Below, piece by piece: positions 29,050 to 37,135 of a stretch of DNA of 37,639 nucleotides. A model generated the notes under the pieces. It was not told the origin of the DNA. It worked only from the letters and a program-made list of their open reading frames with translations, and made no database searches. The stretch is from the IMG/VR virus record IMGVR_UViG_2585427795_000009, positions 1 through 37,639 of that record; one strand, given 5' to 3'. The stretch is from a virus (lineage: Duplodnaviria > Heunggongvirae > Uroviricota > Caudoviricetes). Position numbers and translations under genes: made by a program. How positions within the stretch are numbered: position 1 is the first letter of the stretch; each line of letters opens with the position of its first letter.

Positions 29050-29265
29050 ACTCAAGGGTGGAACAGCAGAGATGCTTACATCAACAATTGTCAGCAACAG
29101 CCTCTGCTATCTTTCGACCGTACGTAATGTCGTCGGCTACGGCACCATCGTAGTTGACGACGGTGGGGCCTCGCTGATAGGTCCATAGTGGACGCTTTTT
29201 TGTAAAAGCAAAAACTGACAATTTAATGTTGTTGACTGCCGCATACCAAGCGAATCGCTGGTGCG
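29050..29265 (-). ncRNA. Candidate structured leader or ncRNA upstream of the retron-type RT (possible msr-msd-like element)
   Basis: Non-coding leader with several perfect hairpins (GTCCA-TAG-TGGAC 29181..29193; GCTTTT-N4-AAAAGC 29194..29209; CACCATCG-N7-CGACGGTG 29143..29165) and two interleaved long-range inverted repeats (29031..29040 with 29118..29127, 10 bp; 29081..29094 with 29215..29236). Sequence-only inference. Confidence 0.3.
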
Positions 29266-29271
29266 CTAAGA

Positions 29272-29300
29272 ATAATGCAACAAAAAAATAAGAATTTCAA
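29272..29300 (-). promoter_or_regulatory. Putative sigma-70 promoter for the RT/2-TM operon
   Basis: On the minus strand: TTGAAA (-35), 17-nt spacer, CATTAT (-10); about 215-250 nt upstream of the RT start. Confidence 0.3.
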
Positions 29301-29338
29301 CCGGGTAACTGCAAGCCAGCGACATCGTTTAGCGCGCA

Positions 29339-29357
29339 GTGCTTTCCCCGCCTCGCC
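29339..29357. other. cos site (19-nt cohesive-end sequence of P2/P4 type)
   Basis: Minus-strand sequence GGCGAGGCGGGGAAAGCAC matches the P2 cohesive end as I recall it; flanked at 29357..29380 by hairpin CCGCCC-N8-GGGCGG plus TTTT. Confidence 0.75.
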
Positions 29358-29546
29358 CGCCCGCTTAATGGGGCGGTTTTAATGCACTTGCATTATGTCC
29401 CGCTCCTCAGTGCTGCGCTCCATCCTGATTACAAAAACCGTTATCAAAAACACATGCAAATAGACGCAGTCAAATGCACTACCGCCTCTCGCAATACCTT
29501 CAATTTCATGATAAAAAACATCATCCCTAACAAGAGCATTATCCTC

Positions 29547-31094
29547 ATGAAAAAAGTATATGAACTAACCAGTGAAGAAGCACTGTCATATTTTCTTCGC
29601 CATGACTCCTACACAACCTTAGAATTACCGGCTTATATTAATTTCACCACATTATTAAATGATATTAATTCATCTATCCATAACAAAAAAATTAAAATTG
29701 AACCAACCGCCAAGGAGCTGATGGGTAAAGATATCAATTATGAGGTGCTTGTCAGTAAAGATGGTCTATATAGCTGGCGTAGGATAACACTTATCAATCC
29801 CCTTTATTATGTCTACTTCTGTAGAAAAATCACAGCACCAACAACCTGGGAAATCATAACAGAAAAATTCAAATCTTTTGAATCAAACGACCTTTTTACA
29901 TGTTCAAGCATCCCCGTCAGAAAAGACAACTCGTCAAACATTGCTGCGTCTGTAATGAATTGGTGGGAAGATTTTGAACAAAAAAGCCTTGCCCTTGCTC
30001 TTGAATACGAATTCATGTTCAGCACTGACATCTCAAACTTCTACCCATCAATATATACTCATAGTTTTGAATGGGTATTCATATCAAAAGAAGATGCAAA
30101 GAAGAAAAAAAACAAAAATAACCCAGGGGGATTAATTGACAGCCACATTCAAATGATGATGAACAACCAGACAAATGGTATTCCACTCGGCAGCACATTG
30201 ATGGATACATTTGCTGAGCTTATCTTGGGTCAAATCGATATAGAATTAAGAAAAAAAACTAACGAACTCAAAATAATAAACTACAAGGTAGTACGCTACC
30301 GTGATGATTACCGGATCTTCTCTAATAGCAAAGATGATTTAGACATAATATCAAAATGTTTAGTCAATGTGTTGGGCGATTTTGGTTTAGATCTAAACTC
30401 AAAAAAAACTGAACTATATGAAGACATCATACTTCATTCGTTGAAACAAGCCAAAAAAGACTACATCAAAGAAAAAAGACATAAGTCACTCCAGAAAATG
30501 CTCTATTCAATATATTTATTTTCACTTAAACATCCAAACTCGAAAACAACCGTTAGATATCTAAATGATTTTCTTAGGGATTTATTTAAGCGAAAGTCAA
30601 TTAAAGATAACGGCCAACAGGTTGATGCTATGCTTGGTATTATTTCAAGCATCATGGCAAAAAACCCTACAACGTACCCAGTAGGAACGGCAATTTTCTC
30701 AAAACTCCTCAGTTTTCTTTATGGTGATGACACCCAAAAAAAATTAACAAAACTAGAACAGCTCCATAAAAAACTGGATAAACAACCCAATACAGAAATG
30801 CTTGACATATGGTTTCAGCGAACTCAAGCAAAAATAAACCTAGAGTGGAATAAATCTTATAAGTCAGCTCTATGCGTCCGTATAAATGATGAACTCACAA
30901 AAGAGAAAACATTTTCTGTAAATAATTTATGGAATATTGACTGGATCCAAGGAAAAGAAACGAGCCCCAATAAAGCCAAGATATTATCCTTGCTAAGAAA
31001 AACAAAAATCGTTGACACAGATAAATTTGATAAAATGGATGACAATATAACACCTGAAGAAGTTAATCTATTCTTTAAAGAGCACAGCAATTAA
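29547..31094 (+). CDS. AbiK/Abi-P2-like (UG/Abi class) reverse transcriptase in the old/tin position (start uncertain; longest ATG is at 29382)
   Basis: Motifs STDISNFYPSIYTHS (compare AbiK LDLSNFYHTLYTHS), GIPLGSTLMDTFAELIL (motif B), VVRYRDDYRIF (motif C), GLDLNSKKTEL (motif E), then a roughly 250-aa helical C-terminal domain; AT-rich; the 29382..29546 extension overlaps the cos-flanking region and is probably not coding. Confidence 0.8.
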   Translation: MKKVYELTSEEALSYFLRHDSYTTLELPAYINFTTLLNDINSSIHNKKIKIEPTAKELMGKDINYEVLVSKDGLYSWRRITLINPLYYVYFCRKITAPTTWEIITEKFKSFESNDLFTCSSIPVRKDNSSNIAASVMNWWEDFEQKSLALALEYEFMFSTDISNFYPSIYTHSFEWVFISKEDAKKKKNKNNPGGLIDSHIQMMMNNQTNGIPLGSTLMDTFAELILGQIDIELRKKTNELKIINYKVVRYRDDYRIFSNSKDDLDIISKCLVNVLGDFGLDLNSKKTELYEDIILHSLKQAKKDYIKEKRHKSLQKMLYSIYLFSLKHPNSKTTVRYLNDFLRDLFKRKSIKDNGQQVDAMLGIISSIMAKNPTTYPVGTAIFSKLLSFLYGDDTQKKLTKLEQLHKKLDKQPNTEMLDIWFQRTQAKINLEWNKSYKSALCVRINDELTKEKTFSVNNLWNIDWIQGKETSPNKAKILSLLRKTKIVDTDKFDKMDDNITPEEVNLFFKEHSN

Positions 31095-31100
31095 TATCCC

Positions 31101-31134
31101 AAAGCCATGTTAGTAACATAACATGGCTTTTTTT
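31101..31134. terminator. Bidirectional rho-independent terminator between the convergent Abi-like RT and A
   Basis: Perfect 12-bp stem (AAAGCCATGTTA / TAACATGGCTTT) with 6-nt loop, followed by TTTT on the plus strand. Confidence 0.6.
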
Positions 31135-31198
31135 AAATCACTCATTATCAGTTATCAAGAACGAACATAACATTCTATTCCGAGGAGTTAAATTATCA

Positions 31199-33484
31199 TT
31201 AGCTCCACTTAATATCCGTTATATCCTCCAGCCACTCCTCATCTACAAGATAGGTGAATTTTTTCCCGTCATAATTTACGGTTGCTCCACGTGCCAGCGC
31301 CTCAAGCTCCCATCGCTGCGGCCTGATACCGTTCTGAGCGAGGTCAACGCGGATACGGGTAATTTGCATTCGTTCTGACCGGGTCAGTCTGGCCGATGGC
31401 GCTATTTCATGTGGTTTTAACGGGCTTCCGTTTCTCTGCTGACGACCAGTCGTTCTCAGGCCGTGTTTTAATGCTCCCCTGAGCGCCTTCACGACCTCCG
31501 GGTCATTCCATTCGATAACACCGTCATCAACCAGATTAAGCACTGCTGCGGCGTGCTCAGAAGGTGTGGGAGCTGGTAACGAAGCATCACCACTGGTGAG
31601 CTTTCCACAGTTATTGACAGGACTCCGAGGCGCGGCGATGCCGCTTTTTAAAGTCAAAGGCTCAACGACCGGAACTTTCGGCACAATGCGCCAGTCCGTC
31701 GTTCTGGTGATATGAATATGACGCGCGCCGAGATGCGGCGCGTAAATGCCGACCACTCTCTCGACTTCTTCCTCGTATTCGTTGACGTCATCCGACGGAC
31801 TACGGGCAACCCTGACAATCTGACTATCGCGCGGGACATTTGCCCCGCCCTGCGCGCTGATATACAGCGCAAAATCACCACTGTCTGCGGCGGCGCGTGC
31901 AGCCTCGACGCGCTCGTCAAACTCATCAGCAATGCTGACGCCGCGCGGCAATTTGCGTAGTTCACGGTAAGCCCCCATTGTCGGCAGACCAACCGTTTTA
32001 AATTGCGGGATGCGCCACGTTGACGCCCATGCGGTAACAGCCGCGGCAGTGTCTTTCAGCGGTCTGCCGGTATCATTATCGAGCTGACCATCCAGTGCAT
32101 ATCCGTCGATATTTTTTGAGATGTACTTCGCGATATACCCCGCAGCACCGCCCCGGTTAAGGTGTTTCGCCTGAAAACGGTTTCGCGCGGCTCCTCTTTC
32201 GTCGCCATCCTCTTTGAGCGCGTAGCGACGCATGATTTCAATAATCTGGTTACGCTGGCGTGGATTACAAAAAAGCATCATATGCCAGTGCGGCGTTCCG
32301 TCGTGGTGTGGCTCGACGACACGCAAACCGTAGACCTGTAAATCATTATCCTTGAATGCCGTGCGCATCAGGCTCCAGATGCGGCAGAGATAACGCTGCG
32401 CATCCTTTGGATTAAATGCCTCATCGTTCCAGCCGTGATTAAGCTGAACGGTTTTACTTTCGCCTTTTCTGACCTGACGAGTCGGGTGATACTTTGACGG
32501 CGCAGTCAGCGTGATAAACATCCCCACATCACCCTCTGCGGCGGCGTAACGCTCAATACCGGCAATGGTGTTCATCAGCTCCATCCGGCGAATTTCAGGA
32601 TTAGAAATACTGCCCATCACCTTACTGATAAGGTCGATGCGCTCGCCGGTTTCCCTGTTTTCAAGGTCACACGATTTAAGAAATTCCAGATTTGCCTGGC
32701 GGCGCGCACGCACATCACGAATGGCGTGTTTACTGGCATAAGGAGAACGGTCTTTATTGACCTCCCCGACAGCTATCAGTAACGCTTCATGCCAGCGCAT
32801 ACGCTGGCCTTTAAGCTGATGAGTCCACCACTCATCGTTAAACAGACGGGCAATGGCAGAATATGCCTGCCTCGTGGTTATCTGTCCTTTACGGTATTTT
32901 TTCCAGTAGAGCGGGGAAATATTGAAAGCTCGTGCAGCGCCAGCAACATGACCATACAGGTGAGCCTGAGCCTCATCCGTAAACAGTGATTCTTTTTCGC
33001 CATGCGCATCCACCCAGGCATCGCTGAGTTCCTCATACATCATGAAAAGCTGCGATGAGATACGGGCAGCAAACTTTTTCAGCTCCTTGTCATTCATTCC
33101 CGGCAGGCGCGCATAGTGGTCACGCTCTGCCAGAAACAGCAACGACGCGTCGGTGTTCATTTCATGGCGCTGATTCACACGCTCAATGCGCGGCCATAAA
33201 CGACGCTGAAAAGTGGATGTGAGGAAATAAAACCCGTGTACCGGGCTTTTATTGCGCCGGATGTAGTCATAGCGTGAAGTAAACAGCGAGCGCAAAAAGT
33301 AAGGCAGGCGGTTAATCGTGGATAAAACACCTTGCACCTGACGCATCTCGTCACGTGTAAGGGGTCTTTCGCGCCCGACGGCCTCGCGTGGCGCGTTCCA
33401 TGCATAAGCACCGGTAAACGTCTCACCGGTGCCTGCGGCAAATGCTGACGGAGGGACAAAATGCACGGAGGCTTTAACGGCCAT
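31199..33484 (-). CDS. A: Replication initiation protein gpA (rolling-circle nickase)
   Basis: 761 aa from ATG 33484 (MAVKASVHFVPP...); the ORF track start at 33526 is a TTG extension; size and synteny match P2 A. Confidence 0.9.
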   Translation of the reverse strand: MAVKASVHFVPPSAFAAGTGETFTGAYAWNAPREAVGRERPLTRDEMRQVQGVLSTINRLPYFLRSLFTSRYDYIRRNKSPVHGFYFLTSTFQRRLWPRIERVNQRHEMNTDASLLFLAERDHYARLPGMNDKELKKFAARISSQLFMMYEELSDAWVDAHGEKESLFTDEAQAHLYGHVAGAARAFNISPLYWKKYRKGQITTRQAYSAIARLFNDEWWTHQLKGQRMRWHEALLIAVGEVNKDRSPYASKHAIRDVRARRQANLEFLKSCDLENRETGERIDLISKVMGSISNPEIRRMELMNTIAGIERYAAAEGDVGMFITLTAPSKYHPTRQVRKGESKTVQLNHGWNDEAFNPKDAQRYLCRIWSLMRTAFKDNDLQVYGLRVVEPHHDGTPHWHMMLFCNPRQRNQIIEIMRRYALKEDGDERGAARNRFQAKHLNRGGAAGYIAKYISKNIDGYALDGQLDNDTGRPLKDTAAAVTAWASTWRIPQFKTVGLPTMGAYRELRKLPRGVSIADEFDERVEAARAAADSGDFALYISAQGGANVPRDSQIVRVARSPSDDVNEYEEEVERVVGIYAPHLGARHIHITRTTDWRIVPKVPVVEPLTLKSGIAAPRSPVNNCGKLTSGDASLPAPTPSEHAAAVLNLVDDGVIEWNDPEVVKALRGALKHGLRTTGRQQRNGSPLKPHEIAPSARLTRSERMQITRIRVDLAQNGIRPQRWELEALARGATVNYDGKKFTYLVDEEWLEDITDIKWS

Positions 33485-33749
33485 ATGAGCCAAAAGCCTC
33501 TGAACAACGCTTGCTGAGTTGCTCAACCTGCGCGTTTAAATCAGCAAAAGACTTTGCGCTTCCGGTCAGAATATCGTGATGCATCAGGCCGGAAACGAGC
33601 TGGCTTAATTTCGGGTAATAACCAACCACCGCCAGCCACTCCTGACCGGCGTTTTTACCGCTTTCCGCTCTCTTTTTCTCGTGGAGAATAAACTGAAAGC
33701 TGTCACTGGTAACGACATAACGTTCGCCAATTTCGATACGAATACTCAT
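33474..33749 (-). CDS. P2 orf83-position hypothetical protein
   Basis: 91 aa, synteny between B and A. Confidence 0.65.
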   Translation of the reverse strand: MSIRIEIGERYVVTSDSFQFILHEKKRAESGKNAGQEWLAVVGYYPKLSQLVSGLMHHDILTGSAKSFADLNAQVEQLSKRCSEAFGSYGR

Positions 33750-33970
33750 GCCATTCTCCGGTAATGCTTGTTTTTTGCTTCAAAGACTGACTGGCAGGAA
33801 ACACAACGCGTGGCTGACGGATAAGCCGCACGACGGGCAGCAGGTATTGGCGCATCACACTCTTCGCAAACCAGCGCAGAAGTACCGCAATGTTTTACCC
33901 TTGCCGCGTTAATCTGGCGCTCCAGTAATTCAGCCTGTTGTTCCTGAATAAAATCCACGTTGTCCGGCAT
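33746..33970 (-). CDS. P2 orf82-position DksA/TraR-type C4 zinc-finger protein
   Basis: 74 aa with CGTSALVCEEC...RCVSCQ four-cysteine zinc finger. Confidence 0.7.
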   Translation of the reverse strand: MPDNVDFIQEQQAELLERQINAARVKHCGTSALVCEECDAPIPAARRAAYPSATRCVSCQSVFEAKNKHYRRMA

Positions 33971-34272
33971 TACCAGCTCCTTTTATCGTTCAGTTTCTTA
34001 AATTCATCAGCGCAATAGCTGGCGATTTCTGTCGTTAATTTTGTCAGTTCATCCACGGAGGAAATTTGCTTGTGAAATACAGCGCGTTTAACAAGTAAAT
34101 TGACCACATCAGACAGGAGGTTTAATTCGTTCTGATAAATCGCGATAACAGACTCAGTTATTTCGCGTTTTTCTTTATCAATACCAAGTTGAATAAGAGA
34201 CAAATCGCCATTTTTCATAACGGCGATTTTTAAGGCGTTATTCAGTAATACAATTGAACGAGAACAGGACAT
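33970..34272 (-). CDS. P2 orf81-position hypothetical protein
   Basis: 100 aa from ATG 34272; the ORF track start is TTG one codon upstream; stop/start overlap with the next gene. Confidence 0.6.
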   Translation of the reverse strand: MSCSRSIVLLNNALKIAVMKNGDLSLIQLGIDKEKREITESVIAIYQNELNLLSDVVNLLVKRAVFHKQISSVDELTKLTTEIASYCADEFKKLNDKRSW

Positions 34273-34496
34273 CAAAGCACCTCCCCGCGAGACAATCCGA
34301 TATTGTGAAATTTTTCCGACTCCTGACTGAGCAGCTCGACTATCTCCACGCGGGATAACTCCGTCTTTGTGATGTGGCGAATCATGGCATCAAGATGAGA
34401 CGAAAAGCGCGTTGCTGCATCGGCCTGTGCTTCGGTTCTGGCCTGTTGCAGCAGTAATGCGTATTTACCGCACTGATTTTCAGAAACTGTATGCAT
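34272..34496 (-). CDS. P2 orf80-position hypothetical protein
   Basis: 74 aa, synteny. Confidence 0.6.
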   Translation of the reverse strand: MHTVSENQCGKYALLLQQARTEAQADAATRFSSHLDAMIRHITKTELSRVEIVELLSQESEKFHNIGLSRGEVL

Positions 34497-34559
34497 GACT
34501 TTCTCCAGGCAAAAAGAAGCCCCGCACGATTAAGTGCGTTAAAAACTCTGGTTAATTAT

Positions 34560-35066
34560 TTAATGCAGATATTGCTCTGGTTTTACCGACGTCAGAATTG
34601 TCGGTGCATACTCAAACAGGCTGAATAATTCACGTAATGCACGGAATAAAGCATCACGCCAGTAACATGATTCTTCATTAATTCGCCAGTATGGCTGGTT
34701 GAATTCTTTTTCAGTCAATCCGGCATGCATAAATAAAGTACGACGCTGACTGACTGTTAAAAAACTAATATATGCATACTCACTTGCGCCAACCTGACGG
34801 CGTTTTGAGAATGCCCCACGCAATTCATCAATTGCACAAACCAGCCGTTCACGTTCGACGTCGTTCATTTCTTCAAAACGCATCGTTGCGTGACGTTGTT
34901 TTAACTGCGCATGAAAGCAAACTGTTAGCCGTTCGCGCTCCATCATCTGATTATAATAATCACATGTATCCTGCCAGCGAGGAACGGCAAGATGCTTACC
35001 AATTATCCGGCGCATAGCTGCTGGCTGTTTTTCAACGAGATTGAGCGTCATCACTGTCATTTCCAT
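34560..35066 (-). CDS. B: Replication protein gpB (helicase loader)
   Basis: 168 aa, synteny cox-orf78-B. Confidence 0.8.
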   Translation of the reverse strand: MEMTVMTLNLVEKQPAAMRRIIGKHLAVPRWQDTCDYYNQMMERERLTVCFHAQLKQRHATMRFEEMNDVERERLVCAIDELRGAFSKRRQVGASEYAYISFLTVSQRRTLFMHAGLTEKEFNQPYWRINEESCYWRDALFRALRELFSLFEYAPTILTSVKPEQYLH

Positions 35067-35227
35067 ACCCTCCGGCTTTTCAGAAAGGTCAGAGCCTTTT
35101 TTAACGGACTCTGTTTTTTGGTGCGGATAATGATTCCCTTACGCCCCTTACCGTGGGTGATGGTGAAGTCAATCGCCCTGGGGCTTTCGTTACGCAGTAA
35201 CTGAGCAATACAACGAGGCTCATTCAT
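35057..35227 (-). CDS. P2 orf78-position small protein
   Basis: 56 aa from ATG 35227; the ORF track version starts at an upstream GTG. Confidence 0.5.
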   Translation of the reverse strand: MNEPRCIAQLLRNESPRAIDFTITHGKGRKGIIIRTKKQSPLKKALTFLKSRRVWK

Positions 35228-35237
35228 ACGGTTCTCC

Positions 35238-35513
35238 TTAACGTGGTTCACCGAGACCTAACCACATCAACCAGCCGTCACGAATCTCTTTAGGGCGGCT
35301 TTCATAAGCCAGTTTTAGTCCGTTATTCCATGCCGGAAGGTATACCCAATATTCACCTGCACGACCTGAAGCTGATTGTGGATCGGTCATATCAATTACA
35401 GGCAGCTTTCCTTTATCGATCATCCGACGAACCGCTCCTGTCGATTTTCCTATTAGTTTTGCGAACTCCTGATAAGGAATCGCATCAGTCATGAGTGTTA
35501 CTTGCTTGCTCAT
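35238..35513 (-). CDS. cox: Cox excisionase / early repressor
   Basis: 91 aa, MSKQVTLMTDAIPYQEFAKLIGKSTGAVRRMIDKGKLPV HTH; divergent from C. Confidence 0.88.
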   Translation of the reverse strand: MSKQVTLMTDAIPYQEFAKLIGKSTGAVRRMIDKGKLPVIDMTDPQSASGRAGEYWVYLPAWNNGLKLAYESRPKEIRDGWLMWLGLGEPR

Positions 35514-35627
35514 GTCGTCCTCTAGCCCTCATGAATTGCGTTTAATGTCTTATAATGCCTTTTAGTGCCCACATCCAAGCACTAAACAATCTACATCTAA
35601 ACTAAATACTATTGAGATCTAAACACC
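35514..35627. promoter_or_regulatory. Immunity switch region with divergent promoters (Pe for cox, Pc for C) and candidate operator repeats
   Basis: Minus strand: TTGGAT, 17-nt spacer, TTATAA upstream of cox; direct repeats ATCTAAAC at 35595..35602 and 35616..35623 upstream of C. Confidence 0.4.
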
Positions 35628-35927
35628 ATGTCAAACACGATAAGCGAGAAGATAGTCTTAATGCGAAAATCAGAGTATTTGAGCAGACAACAACTTGCTG
35701 ATTTAACAGGGGTTCCGTATGGCACGCTGAGTTACTATGAAAGTGGTCGTTCAACACCTCCAACAGATGTCATGATGAACATCCTGCAGACCCCACAATT
35801 CACCAAATACACTTTATGGTTCATGACCAATCAGATCGCTCCTGAGTCCGGGCAAATTGCGCCCGCTCTCGCACACTTTGGGCAAAACGAAACAACGTCG
35901 CCCCACTCCGGTCAAAAGACTGGTTAA
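35628..35927 (+). CDS. C: Immunity repressor C
   Basis: 99 aa, MSNTISEKIVLMRKSEYLSRQQLADLTGVPYGTLSYYESG HTH; position next to int. Confidence 0.9.
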   Translation: MSNTISEKIVLMRKSEYLSRQQLADLTGVPYGTLSYYESGRSTPPTDVMMNILQTPQFTKYTLWFMTNQIAPESGQIAPALAHFGQNETTSPHSGQKTG

Positions 35928-36042
35928 CAATTCATCGTGAATATATTCATCACAAGTGCCTACTATTGGTGGCTAAATTTCAGCCACCACGAAAAAAGCG
36001 ATTAGTAGTCGCAAAAAAACACACCACTCGGAGGGTTTTCTG

Positions 36043-37056
36043 ATGGCAATCAAAAAACTCGATGATGGTCGATATGAAGTGGACATCCGCCCTACTGGAC
36101 GTAATGGAAAACGCATCCGTAGGAAGTTTGATAAGAAAAGCGAAGCTGTCGCTTTCGAGAAATACACGTTGTACAACCACCACAATAAAGAATGGCTATC
36201 AAAACCAACAGACAAGCGACGTCTGTCGGAGCTGACACAGATCTGGTGGGATTTAAAGGGTAAACACGAAGAGCATGGGAAATCTAATCTTGGAAAAATT
36301 GAAATCTTCACAAAAATAACGAATGACCCATGCGCATTTCAAATTACGAAATCGCTTATCAGCCAGTACTGCGCCACCCGAAGAAGTCAGGGTATTAAAC
36401 CTTCGAGTATCAATCGTGATTTAACATGTATTAGCGGCATGTTTACAGCCCTGATTGAAGCGGAGTTATTCTTTGGTGAGCACCCTATCAGAGGGACAAA
36501 AAGGCTTAAGGAGGAAAAACCAGACACAGGCTATCTCACGCAGGAAGAAATTGCCTTACTGCTTGCTGCTCTTGACGGCGACAACAAAAAGATTGCGATT
36601 CTTTGCCTGAGTACTGGAGCACGTTGGGGAGAAGCAGCTCGTTTGAAAGCAGAAAATATCATCCATAACCGCGTCACGTTTGTTAAAACGAAAACAAACA
36701 AACCACGCACCGTCCCGATCTCAGAGGCTGTTGCCAAAATGATCGCGGATAACAAACGAGGTTTTTTATTCCCTGATGCTGATTACCCTCGCTTCAGACG
36801 AACAATGAAAGCAATAAAACCGGATTTGCCAATGGGGCAAGCCACACATGCACTAAGGCACAGCTTTGCCACTCATTTCATGATTAATGGAGGAAGTATT
36901 ATCACACTACAACGGATACTAGGTCACACGCGGATTGAGCAAACTATGGTTTACGCTCATTTTGCGCCAGAGTACCTTCAGGACGCCATTTCTCTTAATC
37001 CGCTAAGAGGTGGTACTGAGGCCGAGAGTGTCCACATAGTGTCCACAGTAGAGTAA
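36043..37056 (+). CDS. int: Tyrosine integrase
   Basis: 337 aa; C-terminal catalytic signature HALRHSFATHFMINGGSIITLQRILGHTRIEQTMVYAHF (R..H-x-x-R...Y); adjacent to the att core. Confidence 0.9.
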   Translation: MAIKKLDDGRYEVDIRPTGRNGKRIRRKFDKKSEAVAFEKYTLYNHHNKEWLSKPTDKRRLSELTQIWWDLKGKHEEHGKSNLGKIEIFTKITNDPCAFQITKSLISQYCATRRSQGIKPSSINRDLTCISGMFTALIEAELFFGEHPIRGTKRLKEEKPDTGYLTQEEIALLLAALDGDNKKIAILCLSTGARWGEAARLKAENIIHNRVTFVKTKTNKPRTVPISEAVAKMIADNKRGFLFPDADYPRFRRTMKAIKPDLPMGQATHALRHSFATHFMINGGSIITLQRILGHTRIEQTMVYAHFAPEYLQDAISLNPLRGGTEAESVHIVSTVE

Positions 37057-37135
37057 CGTTTAAGGGCTTTCAGTGGTAATTTATGCCGCTCAAACCCGCA
37101 TTGTACCGTTGAAAGCCCCTACTGGTGACACTCTA

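Noticed and set aside
29050-29097. TTG-initiated N-terminal extension of the retron-type RT (ORF track start 29097)
   Set aside because: The first codon is TTG with no SD, and the retron-like N-terminal alignment begins near the internal ATGs (29049, 29013 or 29007). The extension overlaps the putative structured leader.
29382-29546. N-terminal 55 codons of the longest Abi-like RT ORF starting immediately after cos
   Set aside because: This stretch has backbone-like GC, abuts the cos hairpin and precedes the AT-rich RT body, so the real start is probably at 29508 or 29547. Left open because no start has a strong SD.
27823-31094. Possibility that the two RT genes form a single two-RT system such as DRT3
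   Set aside because: The genes are divergent, separated by about 500 bp containing cos, and only one has a coupled effector. They resemble different RT lineages (retron-like versus AbiK/Abi-P2-like).
35973-36311. 112-aa minus-strand ORF overlapping the int 5' region
   Set aside because: Antisense to a well-supported integrase gene; no independent signals.
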